64,000 nucleotides of DNA from a virus (IMGVR_UViG_3300018839_000001); one strand, 5' to 3'. Numbered from the stretch's first letter, positions 27,342-36,498 are shown. Notes: generated from the letters alone by a model not told the origin. A program made the numbers and translations.

Positions 27342-29300
27342 CTAATCAAGCGCATCTTCTATATAAAGATGAAGGTTATCTTCAATATATTTTTTGCGTG
27401 CAGATAAATCGTCTCCTAGAAACATTTCAAAATAATGCAAAGTGTCCTCTGCGCCGCTTGGAGTTACTTTGATTAATTTACGCGTTTCAGGATTCATGGT
27501 AGTTTCCCACATCATTTCTGCGGTATTCTCTCCTAACCCTTTAGATCGTTGAACCGTATAGTCACCTTTCATATTTGATACAATTTCATCTTTTTCTTTG
27601 TCACTGTATGCAAATACTGATGCGTCATTTTGTTCAATTTCATATAATGGAGATTCTGCAATATATACATATCCCTTTTCAATAAGAGTAGGCATAAGCC
27701 TATAGATAGCCGTAAGAAGGAGTGTTCTAATGTGGAATCCATCTACGTCTGCATCTGTTGTAATGACTATTTTTGACCATCGTAATTTGTTGATATCAAA
27801 ACTATTCAAGTCTTTGGCATGTTTAGATTTAACTTCGATGCCACACCCAAGTAATTTAATCAGATCGATAATAATGTCATTTTTAAAAATTTTGTCATAA
27901 TCAGCCTTTAAGCAGTTGAGAATCTTGCCACGCAATGCATATATAGCCTGAAACTCAGCGTCTCTTCCTTGCTTTGTAGAGCCTAGAGCTGACTTTCCTT
28001 CTACAAGATATAGCTCAGTTTTCGTATTATCTTTTGACTTACAATTTACAAATCCCTCAATACGATTAGTTAAATTGTTTACTGTCCCAGAGAGCTTCTT
28101 TTTGACACTAAGTCTCGTTGCCTCAGCCTTCTCTCGACTGTTCTTGTTTACTAGCACCTGTTTTAAAATAAGATTTGCTTCATTTGGGTTTTCCACAAAA
28201 TAAATTTCTAATTGTTCTCTGAGCCATTTTGTAATCGATTGCTTCATGAAGTCTGAACCAATTTTCTTTTTTGTCTGGTCGGTAAATAAAGAAATTGTAG
28301 AGTATGTACTGGTGACAATAAGAAGACTATCTGAGATATCATCAAATGAAATCTTCTTCTCTCCTTTTTTATAAAGGTTTTGCTCTTTTAAAAATTTATC
28401 AATTACATATGTAAAAGAGTTTTTGATAAATTCTTCTGGTGTTCCACCGTTCTCCAACCATGACGTATTGTGATAGTATCTGCTAAAGGATGTTTCGCGA
28501 TTGAAACTAAAATAAATATTGGCCTTAATTCTATAATCTTTATCTGAGTCATTGTCTCTCCCTTTCTGTTCTGTAGAAAAGGAAATGACATCAGTCAAAG
28601 AATATTCCTCATTTGACAGAGATTTAATATAATCAGGAACTCCATTTTCATAAAAATATTCAGTTGTCTCTTCTGTCTTCTGATTGGTGAAAATAAATTT
28701 CACACCACCATTGACTATTGCTTGATCCCGAAGAGTTGTAATAATAAACTCATCATCAATTTCGCTTTTGCCTCTAAAACACTCGGCAGAAGGTAGCCAT
28801 GAAATTTTTGTTCCTCTCGGCTCACTTGACTCTTTCTCTATTAAAGACGTATATTCTGCGCCCTTTAAATATTCAATTGCAAGCAACCTTTTTCCGTTGT
28901 ATGAAATTGCTTGGAAGTAATCAGAAGTGTAATTTGTTCCCGTGGCTCCCACACCATTAGTCCCTAATGAATACTCATAATTGCTTCCGCCATCTTCATC
29001 ATTATTCTTATACTTTCCTCCTGCCCATAGCTCATCAAATACTTTTTTATATGCGTATTCGCCTTTTTCATTTTTTCCCATTGGAACTCCGCGGCCAAAG
29101 TCACGTACAGATATAGAGCCATCTTCATGCTTTGTTACAATAATTTCTTCTCCATATCCTGCGCGCGCTTCATCAATGGCATTTCCTAAAATTTCTAAGA
29201 AGGTGTGGTTGTGACTTTCAAGACCAATGGAAGCAGGCTTTGCCCGAACTCCGCCTAAAATTCCTAACGATTCAATTGCGTTTTCATTATACTTATTCAT
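27342..29300 (-). CDS. type IIA DNA topoisomerase, B (GyrB/ParE-like) ATPase subunit
   Basis: GHKL ATPase motifs (LEGLEAVR-like GILGGVRAKP, NGVGATGTN), TOPRIM EGKSALGS, DxD. The likely start is MNKYNEN (RBS AAGGAT). Track ORF runs to 29330. Confidence 0.9.
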   Translation of the reverse strand: MNKYNENAIESLGILGGVRAKPASIGLESHNHTFLEILGNAIDEARAGYGEEIIVTKHEDGSISVRDFGRGVPMGKNEKGEYAYKKVFDELWAGGKYKNNDEDGGSNYEYSLGTNGVGATGTNYTSDYFQAISYNGKRLLAIEYLKGAEYTSLIEKESSEPRGTKISWLPSAECFRGKSEIDDEFIITTLRDQAIVNGGVKFIFTNQKTEETTEYFYENGVPDYIKSLSNEEYSLTDVISFSTEQKGRDNDSDKDYRIKANIYFSFNRETSFSRYYHNTSWLENGGTPEEFIKNSFTYVIDKFLKEQNLYKKGEKKISFDDISDSLLIVTSTYSTISLFTDQTKKKIGSDFMKQSITKWLREQLEIYFVENPNEANLILKQVLVNKNSREKAEATRLSVKKKLSGTVNNLTNRIEGFVNCKSKDNTKTELYLVEGKSALGSTKQGRDAEFQAIYALRGKILNCLKADYDKIFKNDIIIDLIKLLGCGIEVKSKHAKDLNSFDINKLRWSKIVITTDADVDGFHIRTLLLTAIYRLMPTLIEKGYVYIAESPLYEIEQNDASVFAYSDKEKDEIVSNMKGDYTVQRSKGLGENTAEMMWETTMNPETRKLIKVTPSGAEDTLHYFEMFLGDDLSARKKYIEDNLHLYIEDALD

Positions 29301-29327
29301 ACCATCATCCTTATTTTTCTGTATTGT

Positions 29328-29347
29328 CATTATTAATTCGTTTGATG
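29328..29347 (-). promoter_or_regulatory. degenerate SPBRE-like element in the 5' leader of the topoisomerase B gene
   Basis: CATTATTAATTCGTTTGATG. Confidence 0.45.
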
Positions 29348-29364
29348 AAATAGTATTAAACCTC

Positions 29365-30087
29365 TTATTTTAACTTTCTTTTTACTAACTGCATGATTAA
29401 CTTATCAATTTTTGACTTTAATTCTAAGTTGGGTTCATGTGAGTGATACACCTCTTTGAGATGAGAAAACGTAGAATCATGATAATGTTTAATAAAGTTT
29501 TCAAAAACTTCTCTTTCAAAAACTCCATTCCTAATATCCATCATAAATTCTTTATCTTCTCCAGAGTATTTAATAACCGTTTCAAAGTCTTCAAATTTAT
29601 TCTCTGCGTAATCTACAATTACCTTTAAGCATCTATAAGCGTGCTGAGCTTGTTTGGTGTCATATCCAAACTTATCAACTAAATGTTGAGTTCCTTCTGT
29701 TCCTTTATGTAAAAGACTCATTTTGTTCTTGTGCATTCCGCCGCAAGCATTATATAAATACGGCAGATTCATTCGAAAAATATCCTCCCTCATTGAATAG
29801 ATTTCTTCAATTTCAGGGTTGTTCGCTACTTCGATTTCTGTCGAGGCCAATACCTCAAGGAAGTTGATATTTGATTTAAAAAGCAACTTTGACAGCTTTC
29901 TGATATCATGAATATCATTATCTTCCGAATCAGTAATTACTGATTTTGAATATTCTTTTCCCATATATAAGTCTTCAAAAGTTGGAGCGACAAATACTTT
30001 ATAATCCTTATCAGATTCTTCTGTTGCTAAATTATAATTATGACTCCCCACCAACGCTTTTAAGACAATTTCTCTATCTGTAGTCAT
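29365..30087 (-). CDS. minimal nucleotidyltransferase (Pol-beta superfamily) with helical C-domain
   Basis: GSHNYNLATEESDKDYKVFV matches hG[GS]…DhDh. Paralog-like to 17830..18429. Confidence 0.55.
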   Translation of the reverse strand: MTTDREIVLKALVGSHNYNLATEESDKDYKVFVAPTFEDLYMGKEYSKSVITDSEDNDIHDIRKLSKLLFKSNINFLEVLASTEIEVANNPEIEEIYSMREDIFRMNLPYLYNACGGMHKNKMSLLHKGTEGTQHLVDKFGYDTKQAQHAYRCLKVIVDYAENKFEDFETVIKYSGEDKEFMMDIRNGVFEREVFENFIKHYHDSTFSHLKEVYHSHEPNLELKSKIDKLIMQLVKRKLK

Positions 30088-30178
30088 ATATCTATCTCCT
30101 TTGTTGAATTTTATTCAGAACTATAGTACAATAAAAGGGCTATATTAATTCCCACAACACTATGTTTTCATCTTTTCT

Positions 30179-30207
30179 GCGGCACTTTAAATAAGTGCCG
30201 TCTTTTT
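30179..30207 (-). terminator. Rho-independent terminator
   Basis: GCGGCACUUUAAAUAAGUGCCGUC + U-run. Confidence 0.6.
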
Positions 30208-30217
30208 ATTGATAAGT

Positions 30218-30250
30218 CTATTATAACATTATTAATTAGTTTAGTAAACA
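30218..30250 (-). promoter_or_regulatory. SPBRE-type promoter upstream of the NTase gene
   Basis: CTATTATAACATTATTAATTAGTTTAGT. Confidence 0.65.
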
Positions 30251-30275
30251 AAAAAGAACGATTTTATCGCTCTTT

Positions 30276-30857
30276 TTAAGAAATTAAAGTCTTATAACAT
30301 TCCGTGACTAATCTGATTTGATATTTAACATCATCCAATGCATTATGCTCAACTAGATTTTCATCAGCCATAAAATGTTTTACTGTTTCTTTTATCTCTC
30401 TTTCGTTAACACCGATCTTTTTACTTGCCAATTCTAGGATTGTTCTAACGTCTCTATCATTTTTATAAAATATAGGGTATGGAAGATTGTGATCATTTTC
30501 AAGTTGATACTGGATCATCTTATTATCAAAAAGAATCCCATTTCCCCATAGATAAACACTTTTCTCTCCTCCTTGATCTACAATCCATTCATAAAAATTA
30601 TTAAATAACTCAGATGAAGACACTGTTCCATTGCTAATAAGTTCTGCAAAAAGCTTGGAATCTGTTTCAATCCACCATTTAATTGTGTCCGCATCTAAAT
30701 TTGGTGATTCAGAATTTCTTCCCAAATCAACAACCTGATTAAAACTTGATATGTATTTGCCTGTGTTAATATCAAAAGATATTGCGGCAATTTGAATGAT
30801 TGTTGAATCGATCTTTTTGCCAAGTGATTCAATGTCTACCATAATATCTACTCTCAT
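30276..30857 (-). CDS. DEDDh 3'-5' exonuclease (DnaQ/RNase T-like)
   Basis: Exo I DIESLG, Exo III HNALDD(V)K. Confidence 0.75.
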   Translation of the reverse strand: MRVDIMVDIESLGKKIDSTIIQIAAISFDINTGKYISSFNQVVDLGRNSESPNLDADTIKWWIETDSKLFAELISNGTVSSSELFNNFYEWIVDQGGEKSVYLWGNGILFDNKMIQYQLENDHNLPYPIFYKNDRDVRTILELASKKIGVNEREIKETVKHFMADENLVEHNALDDVKYQIRLVTECYKTLIS

Positions 30858-30890
30858 TTATTCCTCTCCTTTTTAAACCTAAATCATCTT

Positions 30891-31286
30891 TTATGAATTG
30901 GATATAATATCGTTTTCCTTGCCAAATTGGTCTTCTTCTTCACAGTTGCAAAATGCCTTAGAGTAATAGCACTCCTCACATCGAGAATACACATTTGTAA
31001 ATTCGTTTAAACTCTCCCATTCATGTGTTAATCCAATTTTATAAATATCCTTTTTATTTCGTATGTATAAACATTCTTTTTCTTTCTTAAAGTTTTTCAA
31101 AAAAGAATTTAGACCGCTCTTAGCAAAATATCTTACAACAAAAGGAATCCAATATCCTTCATTACTCATCATAAGAAGCATATCACCGCTTAATGAATGT
31201 CTTCCAAAATACTTCGTACCTTTCGTAAATGTTCCATGATTATGGTCTATATCTGTATTTGCTGTATATACCGAAACCTTTATCAT
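30891..31286 (-). CDS. hypothetical Cys-rich protein
   Basis: C-terminal CEECYYSKAFCNCEE. Confidence 0.4.
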   Translation of the reverse strand: MIKVSVYTANTDIDHNHGTFTKGTKYFGRHSLSGDMLLMMSNEGYWIPFVVRYFAKSGLNSFLKNFKKEKECLYIRNKKDIYKIGLTHEWESLNEFTNVYSRCEECYYSKAFCNCEEEDQFGKENDIISNS

Positions 31287-31318
31287 ACATATTTCACCTG
31301 CATTTTTAACTCTTCCTT

Positions 31319-31513
31319 TTATTTTTCTTCGAATACATTTAAAATTTCAAATTCAGTCTCTTCATAGTTCCAATCATCATGATTCATTAAATCTGCCTTT
31401 TCCTCAGCAAGTTTATCGATTCTTGGATCGAGACTATCTTTAAAGTCACCCTCAACAACTACTGTAGTAGTGAATTTTTGAACAATTTCTAATTCAACTT
31501 CATATCTTTTCAT
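31319..31513 (-). CDS. hypothetical small acidic protein
   Basis: Track ORF, 64 aa. Confidence 0.35.
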   Translation of the reverse strand: MKRYEVELEIVQKFTTTVVVEGDFKDSLDPRIDKLAEEKADLMNHDDWNYEETEFEILNVFEEK

Positions 31514-31544
31514 ATTTTATCTCTCCTCTATTATTGAATTTTTT

Positions 31545-31578
31545 AATAAAGCCAGGGAGTTGCTCCCTTGACTTTATT
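31545..31578 (-). terminator. Rho-independent terminator
   Basis: AGGGAG-caa-CUCCCU stem + U-rich. Confidence 0.5.
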
Positions 31579-32377
31579 ACTTATCCTCTAGCGGCAGTTG
31601 AATCATTGAATTTGAGCCAGTTGCTTTAGGTGTCTTTCCGTCCCATTTTTGAATCCATTGATATTTGATCATTTCATCTGACATCGATTTTCTAATGGTT
31701 TCGTTATAGTCTGCAATACCTTGCGCTTCAATCTTTTTCTTCTTAGCTTCTGCTTCTGCAATTTTAATTTCTGTTTGAGAACGCTCAAGCTCTTGAGATG
31801 ATTTCACACGCGCGTCAATTGCTTCTTGTGTAGCTTTATCTGGCTTTGGAACACCAAGAGTTAAATCATCAATAATGAATCCATATTTCTTCATGTCTTC
31901 TGCAAAAGCCTTTTGAACTTCTGCGGCCGCTTCGGAAGATTTTTGACCATATGTATCAATTACTGAATATTTAGAAATTGATTGTCTTGCCGCATCCCAT
32001 AGACGCGTTTTCAAGTATGTATTTTCAATTTGTTCAACATCAACTGCACCGAACTTATTGAATACATCAACTACTTTATCTGGCTGAACGACATAGTTAT
32101 AGGCAATGTCCATTGAGATATTTTTCCCGTCAGAAGTAGCTACCTTAATATCTTCGTTATTTACTGTTTGCATACGAACCGGATACTCTGTCACTTTATC
32201 GAACAGGCCAACCACATGCCATCCTTGATCTAATGTCGTATCTTTCACTCCACCATTTGGTGAGTAAACAACTCCTACATAACCATTTGGAATCTTCTCA
32301 ATAAACATTGATCCCAGAATCCCTCCTAATACCAATGCTCCACCAACAATAATTCCACCAATAATCTTTTTATTCAT
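31577..32377 (-). CDS. SPFH/band-7 (stomatin/prohibitin-like) membrane protein
   Basis: N-terminal TM then SPFH core (YVGVVYSPNGGVKDTTLDQGWHVV…). C-terminal coiled coil. Confidence 0.75.
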   Translation of the reverse strand: MNKKIIGGIIVGGALVLGGILGSMFIEKIPNGYVGVVYSPNGGVKDTTLDQGWHVVGLFDKVTEYPVRMQTVNNEDIKVATSDGKNISMDIAYNYVVQPDKVVDVFNKFGAVDVEQIENTYLKTRLWDAARQSISKYSVIDTYGQKSSEAAAEVQKAFAEDMKKYGFIIDDLTLGVPKPDKATQEAIDARVKSSQELERSQTEIKIAEAEAKKKKIEAQGIADYNETIRKSMSDEMIKYQWIQKWDGKTPKATGSNSMIQLPLEDK

Positions 32378-32399
32378 TCTTATCTTCCTCCATAATTTT

Positions 32400-32513
32400 T
32401 TTAATTTTAGTTGCTTGCTTACCTACTTTCCCGAAAGTTGGGCTTAGCATTAACCATACTCCAAAAGCAAAAATAAACAGGATAATCAGAGAACCAATTA
32501 CAACCTTCATGCT
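32400..32513 (-). CDS. small membrane protein partner of the SPFH gene
   Basis: MKVVIGSLIILFIFAFGVWLMLSP…; overlaps the SPFH start. Confidence 0.3.
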
Positions 32514-32834
32514 TTATCTCACCTCTTCATGAATAGCTAGAGCAATTCTCCTTGCAAGATTCACATGATCTTCTGGTTTAGCAAAATCTTTAACTACATC
32601 AAAAATACACATCGGAAGTGAGGTAAAGCTATGATAATTCGCATTTTCTAATTCTTCACCAATGATATCGAGAATTACATCTGTATCTTTGATTTCATTG
32701 AATTTTGTAATCTGGTTCACTGAACCGCAGTGTTCACATACCTCAAAATCACTTACATGAGAATAGTGATTGTCGATATACTCATTAAAACTATAGGTAC
32801 ATTTAGGGCATTTAATGTGCACATAACTTTCCAT
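32514..32834 (-). CDS. zinc-ribbon protein
   Basis: CPKC…CEHCGS. Confidence 0.4.
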   Translation of the reverse strand: MESYVHIKCPKCTYSFNEYIDNHYSHVSDFEVCEHCGSVNQITKFNEIKDTDVILDIIGEELENANYHSFTSLPMCIFDVVKDFAKPEDHVNLARRIALAIHEEVR

Positions 32835-32865
32835 ACTGGAGACCCTCCTTCATAAAAGTTGAATT

Positions 32866-33117
32866 TTATACAATCTTGAACTCAAACTTGTTAAGCATAT
32901 CCTCTATTTGATTAAAAGATTTATAGGCTCGCTCACCATTTTGCAAATTCTCGATAGTGATATAGCTTGCATAAGTTCCTCTATTACTCCCTGCTTTTTT
33001 CACAGGGATTGACAACATAATTTTGTCTCCAATTTTTAAATCTTTAAACATTTTTGCATTTGTTTTTGTAATGATCTTTTCAACTTCTAACACTTCACTT
33101 TTTAAAAAAATGTTCAT
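32866..33117 (-). CDS. hypothetical protein
   Basis: Track ORF, 83 aa. Confidence 0.4.
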   Translation of the reverse strand: MNIFLKSEVLEVEKIITKTNAKMFKDLKIGDKIMLSIPVKKAGSNRGTYASYITIENLQNGERAYKSFNQIEDMLNKFEFKIV

Positions 33118-33136
33118 TATAGCTGTCCTCCATTGG

Positions 33137-33355
33137 CTATAATTTCTTAACCAGACTTTTTATCTCTTTCGCCATATCTTTTTGTCCTTTATAGAAAAAC
33201 ATGTCATGATCATCTTCCCGATCAACTGCGTCTTCTTGCCATCTCTCTGACCTATTAATAAGTTTATCTAGCAAGTGAACAAGCTTATCCTTATAAATTG
33301 AAACTTTTGATTGATTCATAAAATAGTTTTCCACTCCTCTTATTCCTTTATACAT
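33137..33355 (-). CDS. hypothetical protein
   Basis: Track ORF, 72 aa. SPBRE promoter upstream. Confidence 0.4.
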   Translation of the reverse strand: MYKGIRGVENYFMNQSKVSIYKDKLVHLLDKLINRSERWQEDAVDREDDHDMFFYKGQKDMAKEIKSLVKKL

Positions 33356-33356
33356 T

Positions 33357-33389
33357 TATTATATCATTATTAATTAGTTTTGTAAAGGA
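33357..33389 (-). promoter_or_regulatory. SPBRE-type promoter
   Basis: TTATTATATCATTATTAATTAGTTTTGTAAAGG. Confidence 0.65.
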
Positions 33390-33399
33390 GATTTAAAAA

Positions 33400-33594
33400 C
33401 TATTTACCCCTCTTAAATTCATCTAAAGCCGACTCTTCTGGTGGATAATACACCATTTCTTTTATGCCATCTTTACTTTTCAAAGTAAATTTTTGTTTTC
33501 CATTATAATATTTAACTATTCCTTCAACTGAATACAATTCCCCATCAAATTCAATATTTCCTAAACATGCATAGAAAGGAGTATAAATTCCCAT
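33400..33594 (-). CDS. hypothetical protein
   Basis: Track ORF, 64 aa. Confidence 0.35.
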   Translation of the reverse strand: MGIYTPFYACLGNIEFDGELYSVEGIVKYYNGKQKFTLKSKDGIKEMVYYPPEESALDEFKRGK

Positions 33595-33902
33595 TATTCA
33601 TCCGCCGCCTCCTTAATGACATAACCCTTTAAAATGGCTTGATTCAAGTCAAACGCTGACAGACTGTTCAACGGTTCGAATAAACCCTCCCACGGTTTAG
33701 CATCACCTATCTTAATGATGAAGTGTTTACCAACGAATTGAAGGCGTGCAAATTCCTTTTTGTCTCCTTTGGTCAAATCGTTTACTCTTTCAGGTTCAGC
33801 ATCAGCCATTATTAAATAAAACTTCATTCCCTCATCAATCGCCCGAACCTGCGCTTGCGTGACTTCTACCTTGTCACTTGTTTTGATTGTAAATTTGTTC
33901 AT
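33594..33902 (-). CDS. hypothetical protein
   Basis: Track ORF, 102 aa. Confidence 0.4.
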   Translation of the reverse strand: MNKFTIKTSDKVEVTQAQVRAIDEGMKFYLIMADAEPERVNDLTKGDKKEFARLQFVGKHFIIKIGDAKPWEGLFEPLNSLSAFDLNQAILKGYVIKEAADE

Positions 33903-33930
33903 TTTCTCACCTCTCTATGCACTCAGTTGT

Positions 33931-34233
33931 TCACACTTTACCTTCAAGTAGTTTCAAAATGTTGTCGATGTCCTTTCCCTCGATGTAATGGCTTTTTGCC
34001 CTTTGACATATGAATTTAATTTCTTGCATGCGCGTTATGCATTCATGCAAAGATCGCATGATTGCGGCATTTTCTGTCATCCCTTTTTCAACCTGTTCGA
34101 TAAGCCATTCCATATCATCGCGCTCAATTTCGTCTTCGTTAAACCGTTCTTTGATTTCGCTTAATCTGTCCGATTTCTCGCCTTGAAGTCTACCTTTCAA
34201 TTCTATTTCAATTGTAAATTGCTCTTTATTCAT
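33931..34233 (-). CDS. hypothetical protein
   Basis: Track ORF, 100 aa. Confidence 0.4.
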   Translation of the reverse strand: MNKEQFTIEIELKGRLQGEKSDRLSEIKERFNEDEIERDDMEWLIEQVEKGMTENAAIMRSLHECITRMQEIKFICQRAKSHYIEGKDIDNILKLLEGKV

Positions 34234-34269
34234 CTGCTGTGCTTCTCCTTCTTAGCTCCACTCGTTATT

Positions 34270-34434
34270 TCACGCATTAACTCCCTTGACTTTATGCCCC
34301 TGTATGTCAAGTATCTCTAATATCACTTGAATAATTTCAGGATTGTATTCATCGTATGGCTTGTTTATTTCCCTGTTGCAATAATACTCATACATTCTTC
34401 TAATTTTTTCGTTTTGTTCATCAGTCATGCTCAT
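34270..34434 (-). CDS. small hypothetical protein (~54 aa)
   Basis: RBS GGAAGGAGA. MSMTDEQNEKIRRMYEYYCNREINKPYDEY…. Confidence 0.3.
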   Translation of the reverse strand: MSMTDEQNEKIRRMYEYYCNREINKPYDEYNPEIIQVILEILDIQGHKVKGVNA

Positions 34435-34456
34435 TCTCCTTCCCGGCTCTGACCGT

Positions 34457-34573
34457 TGTTCATGTACTGCTTATGTTTCTGCTGATGTTCACATGGCCAC
34501 ATTTAAGACAAAAATCGTGTTTGTGCTCATCTATGTACTCTTCCCAATCGCACTCATTACACCGATATAAATA
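34457..34573 (-). CDS. small zinc-ribbon protein (~38 aa)
   Basis: MYLYRCNECDWEEYIDEHKHDFCLKCGH…. Confidence 0.25.
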
Positions 34574-34611
34574 CATTTTCTCACCTTCCTTACACGCAAA
34601 AAATGGCCTAA

Positions 34612-34827
34612 TCAACTTTCATAATCACTTGGGTTTTCAAGATAATCATCCACTAATTTCTTTAAATCATTAACAAAATCTTCGATCACGTCTTCACATT
34701 CGTAAAAATTATCTTCTAAAAACCAACCATCATCTTCATGCATTACTGTGTAGTAGATGCTATCCCAACCACCTAACGCTTTTTCTCGTTTCGCTTCAAT
34801 TTCAAATCCTCTGTAATTAACCTTCAT
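34612..34827 (-). CDS. hypothetical protein
   Basis: Track ORF, 71 aa. Confidence 0.35.
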   Translation of the reverse strand: MKVNYRGFEIEAKREKALGGWDSIYYTVMHEDDGWFLEDNFYECEDVIEDFVNDLKKLVDDYLENPSDYES

Positions 34828-34839
34828 CTTTACACCTTG

Positions 34840-35031
34840 TTATGTTGCTATCCCTTTCTTTTCAATTAATTCAAAAAGATCATTTTCTTTATTGTATTTG
34901 ACCTTCAAACTCATTCCATTTTTGAACCAAATATGTAAACTCATATCACCAAAGGGTCTATAATCCTCATAAAATGATTTAAGCTCAGGGAATTTCGATA
35001 CAAATAATTTATAAAGCTCACCATAAGTCAT
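34840..35031 (-). CDS. hypothetical protein
   Basis: Track ORF, 63 aa. Confidence 0.35.
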   Translation of the reverse strand: MTYGELYKLFVSKFPELKSFYEDYRPFGDMSLHIWFKNGMSLKVKYNKENDLFELIEKKGIAT

Positions 35032-35251
35032 GTTGGTTTGTCAACTCCATTTCAAACCTCTTTTTAGATTCTTCTAATTTTTGTGGATCAACTGTTTTCA
35101 TTACAATAGAGACACCACTTAATTGAACCTTCCCACTATTTGAAATCAATGTTCCTCCGCACTTTACGCACTTTATACTTTTATCTGTCTGTTTGAAATT
35201 TTTAATGTCATATGTTTGCCTACAGTCATGACTCCAACAAACTAAGTACAC
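35018..35251 (-). CDS. zinc-ribbon protein
   Basis: CWSHDC…CVKCGG. Confidence 0.35.
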   Translation of the reverse strand: MYLVCWSHDCRQTYDIKNFKQTDKSIKCVKCGGTLISNSGKVQLSGVSIVMKTVDPQKLEESKKRFEMELTNQHDLW

Positions 35252-35312
35252 AAATCATCCTCCTTGTCTATGCATGTTTATTGCTCTACTATAAGTATAA
35301 TTTCTAAAAGCT

Positions 35313-35615
35313 TTATTCGCTCATAAATTCAATAGAAAACGCTATTGGTCTAAGACCTTTATCTAGCTCTATATATTCTCCTTGAAGTTCAGGTGTGATA
35401 TCCCATAGTTCAATTGTTAACTCAACTTCACTATCGTCAATCTCGTTTGCATTTGTGATTTTACCAATAACTTTAGGGATATGTTCTTCAATGTTCTTTT
35501 GCGATGCACTTCTATCAATAATCGGGAGATGTATAAAGTTTTTAATATCTACATTTGTATATCTTGCTATCTTTGTTTTAAATATTAACATGCTCACACC
35601 CCTCATAATCTTCAT
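35313..35615 (-). CDS. hypothetical protein, paralog of 36205..36498
   Basis: Shared blocks: RxTNVxIxxxIxxPxxDR…KVIGxITNAxxxDxxExELTIxLW…LQGEY. Confidence 0.5.
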   Translation of the reverse strand: MKIMRGVSMLIFKTKIARYTNVDIKNFIHLPIIDRSASQKNIEEHIPKVIGKITNANEIDDSEVELTIELWDITPELQGEYIELDKGLRPIAFSIEFMSE

Positions 35616-35640
35616 TCCTATAGAAAAGGATAATTATATC

Positions 35641-35892
35641 TCACTTTTCACAATCGACTCCATCAAAGCTTGAATACAATGGAGACATCGCAGTTGTTTT
35701 ATAGTTGCCTTGTCCATCTTCAACATAAATATATTTACATCCTGTTTTTGAGTCGGTAATTATAGTGATGCGATTTGCATTTATACCATTGAATCTGTTC
35801 TCTCCATTGGTAGGTGCTTCACTTACAACAGTTTGTCCACAGCCAACTAAAAATGTTAGCAGTACAGTTGGTAATAACTTTGTCAGTTTCAT
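35641..35892 (-). CDS. lipoprotein
   Basis: Signal peptide + lipobox LVGC. Confidence 0.55.
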   Translation of the reverse strand: MKLTKLLPTVLLTFLVGCGQTVVSEAPTNGENRFNGINANRITIITDSKTGCKYIYVEDGQGNYKTTAMSPLYSSFDGVDCEK

Positions 35893-35919
35893 CTTTTCTC
35901 TCCTAATATTTTTAACATT

Positions 35920-36144
35920 TTATATAATTTCGCTAATGTTATCATATTTTTTCAATTCGCCAATGACCTTTTCCATTTCAGCAATTTTCATTCCATTTAA
36001 TGCTGGCACATAACCCAAAATCCTATGTAGAAACCATCTTTTTTCTTTGATATTCCCAAATCCTACTCTTTTAAATTCTTTGTCCATCTCTCTTCTTAAT
36101 ACAGGAAAGTATCCCATAGCAGTGTAAAAATACATAATAATCAC
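35920..36144 (-). CDS. hypothetical protein
   Basis: Track ORF, 74 aa. Confidence 0.35.
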   Translation of the reverse strand: MIIMYFYTAMGYFPVLRREMDKEFKRVGFGNIKEKRWFLHRILGYVPALNGMKIAEMEKVIGELKKYDNISEII

Positions 36145-36204
36145 TCCAGAAAGCTTTATTTAATCTTAATAGAGGGGTTTTAATTTCTTAATAAAAGAAA
36201 AGTT

Positions 36205-36498
36205 TTATTCAGAATCAAAACCCATTGAGAATGTTACTGGCTTGACATTGCCGTTCGTTTCTCTTAAATATTCCCCTTGAAGTTTATTTTTCCATAATGT
36301 TATTGTTAATTCGATTTCGTTATTATCAACGACTTCTGCATTTGTTATTACGCCAATAACTTTAGAGTTGTCGTTTCCATAAATAACGCCTTCTTTAAAA
36401 TTCATCCGTGCTGTAACTCTATCAGTGACAGGAATATTTATGTAATCCTCAATATTTACATTAGTACGCCTTATTGTTCTTGTTTTAATGATCATCAT
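36205..36498 (-). CDS. hypothetical protein, paralog of 35313..35615
   Basis: See the paralog entry. Confidence 0.5.
   Translation of the reverse strand: MMIIKTRTIRRTNVNIEDYINIPVTDRVTARMNFKEGVIYGNDNSKVIGVITNAEVVDNNEIELTITLWKNKLQGEYLRETNGNVKPVTFSMGFDSE

Noticed and set aside
22504-28591. Minus-strand alternative-frame ORFs inside nrdE, gyrA-like, gyrB-like and the ATPase gene (22504..22734, 26540..26770, 28403..28591, 57749..57949)
   Set aside because: They are nested out-of-frame in genes with clear conserved motifs.
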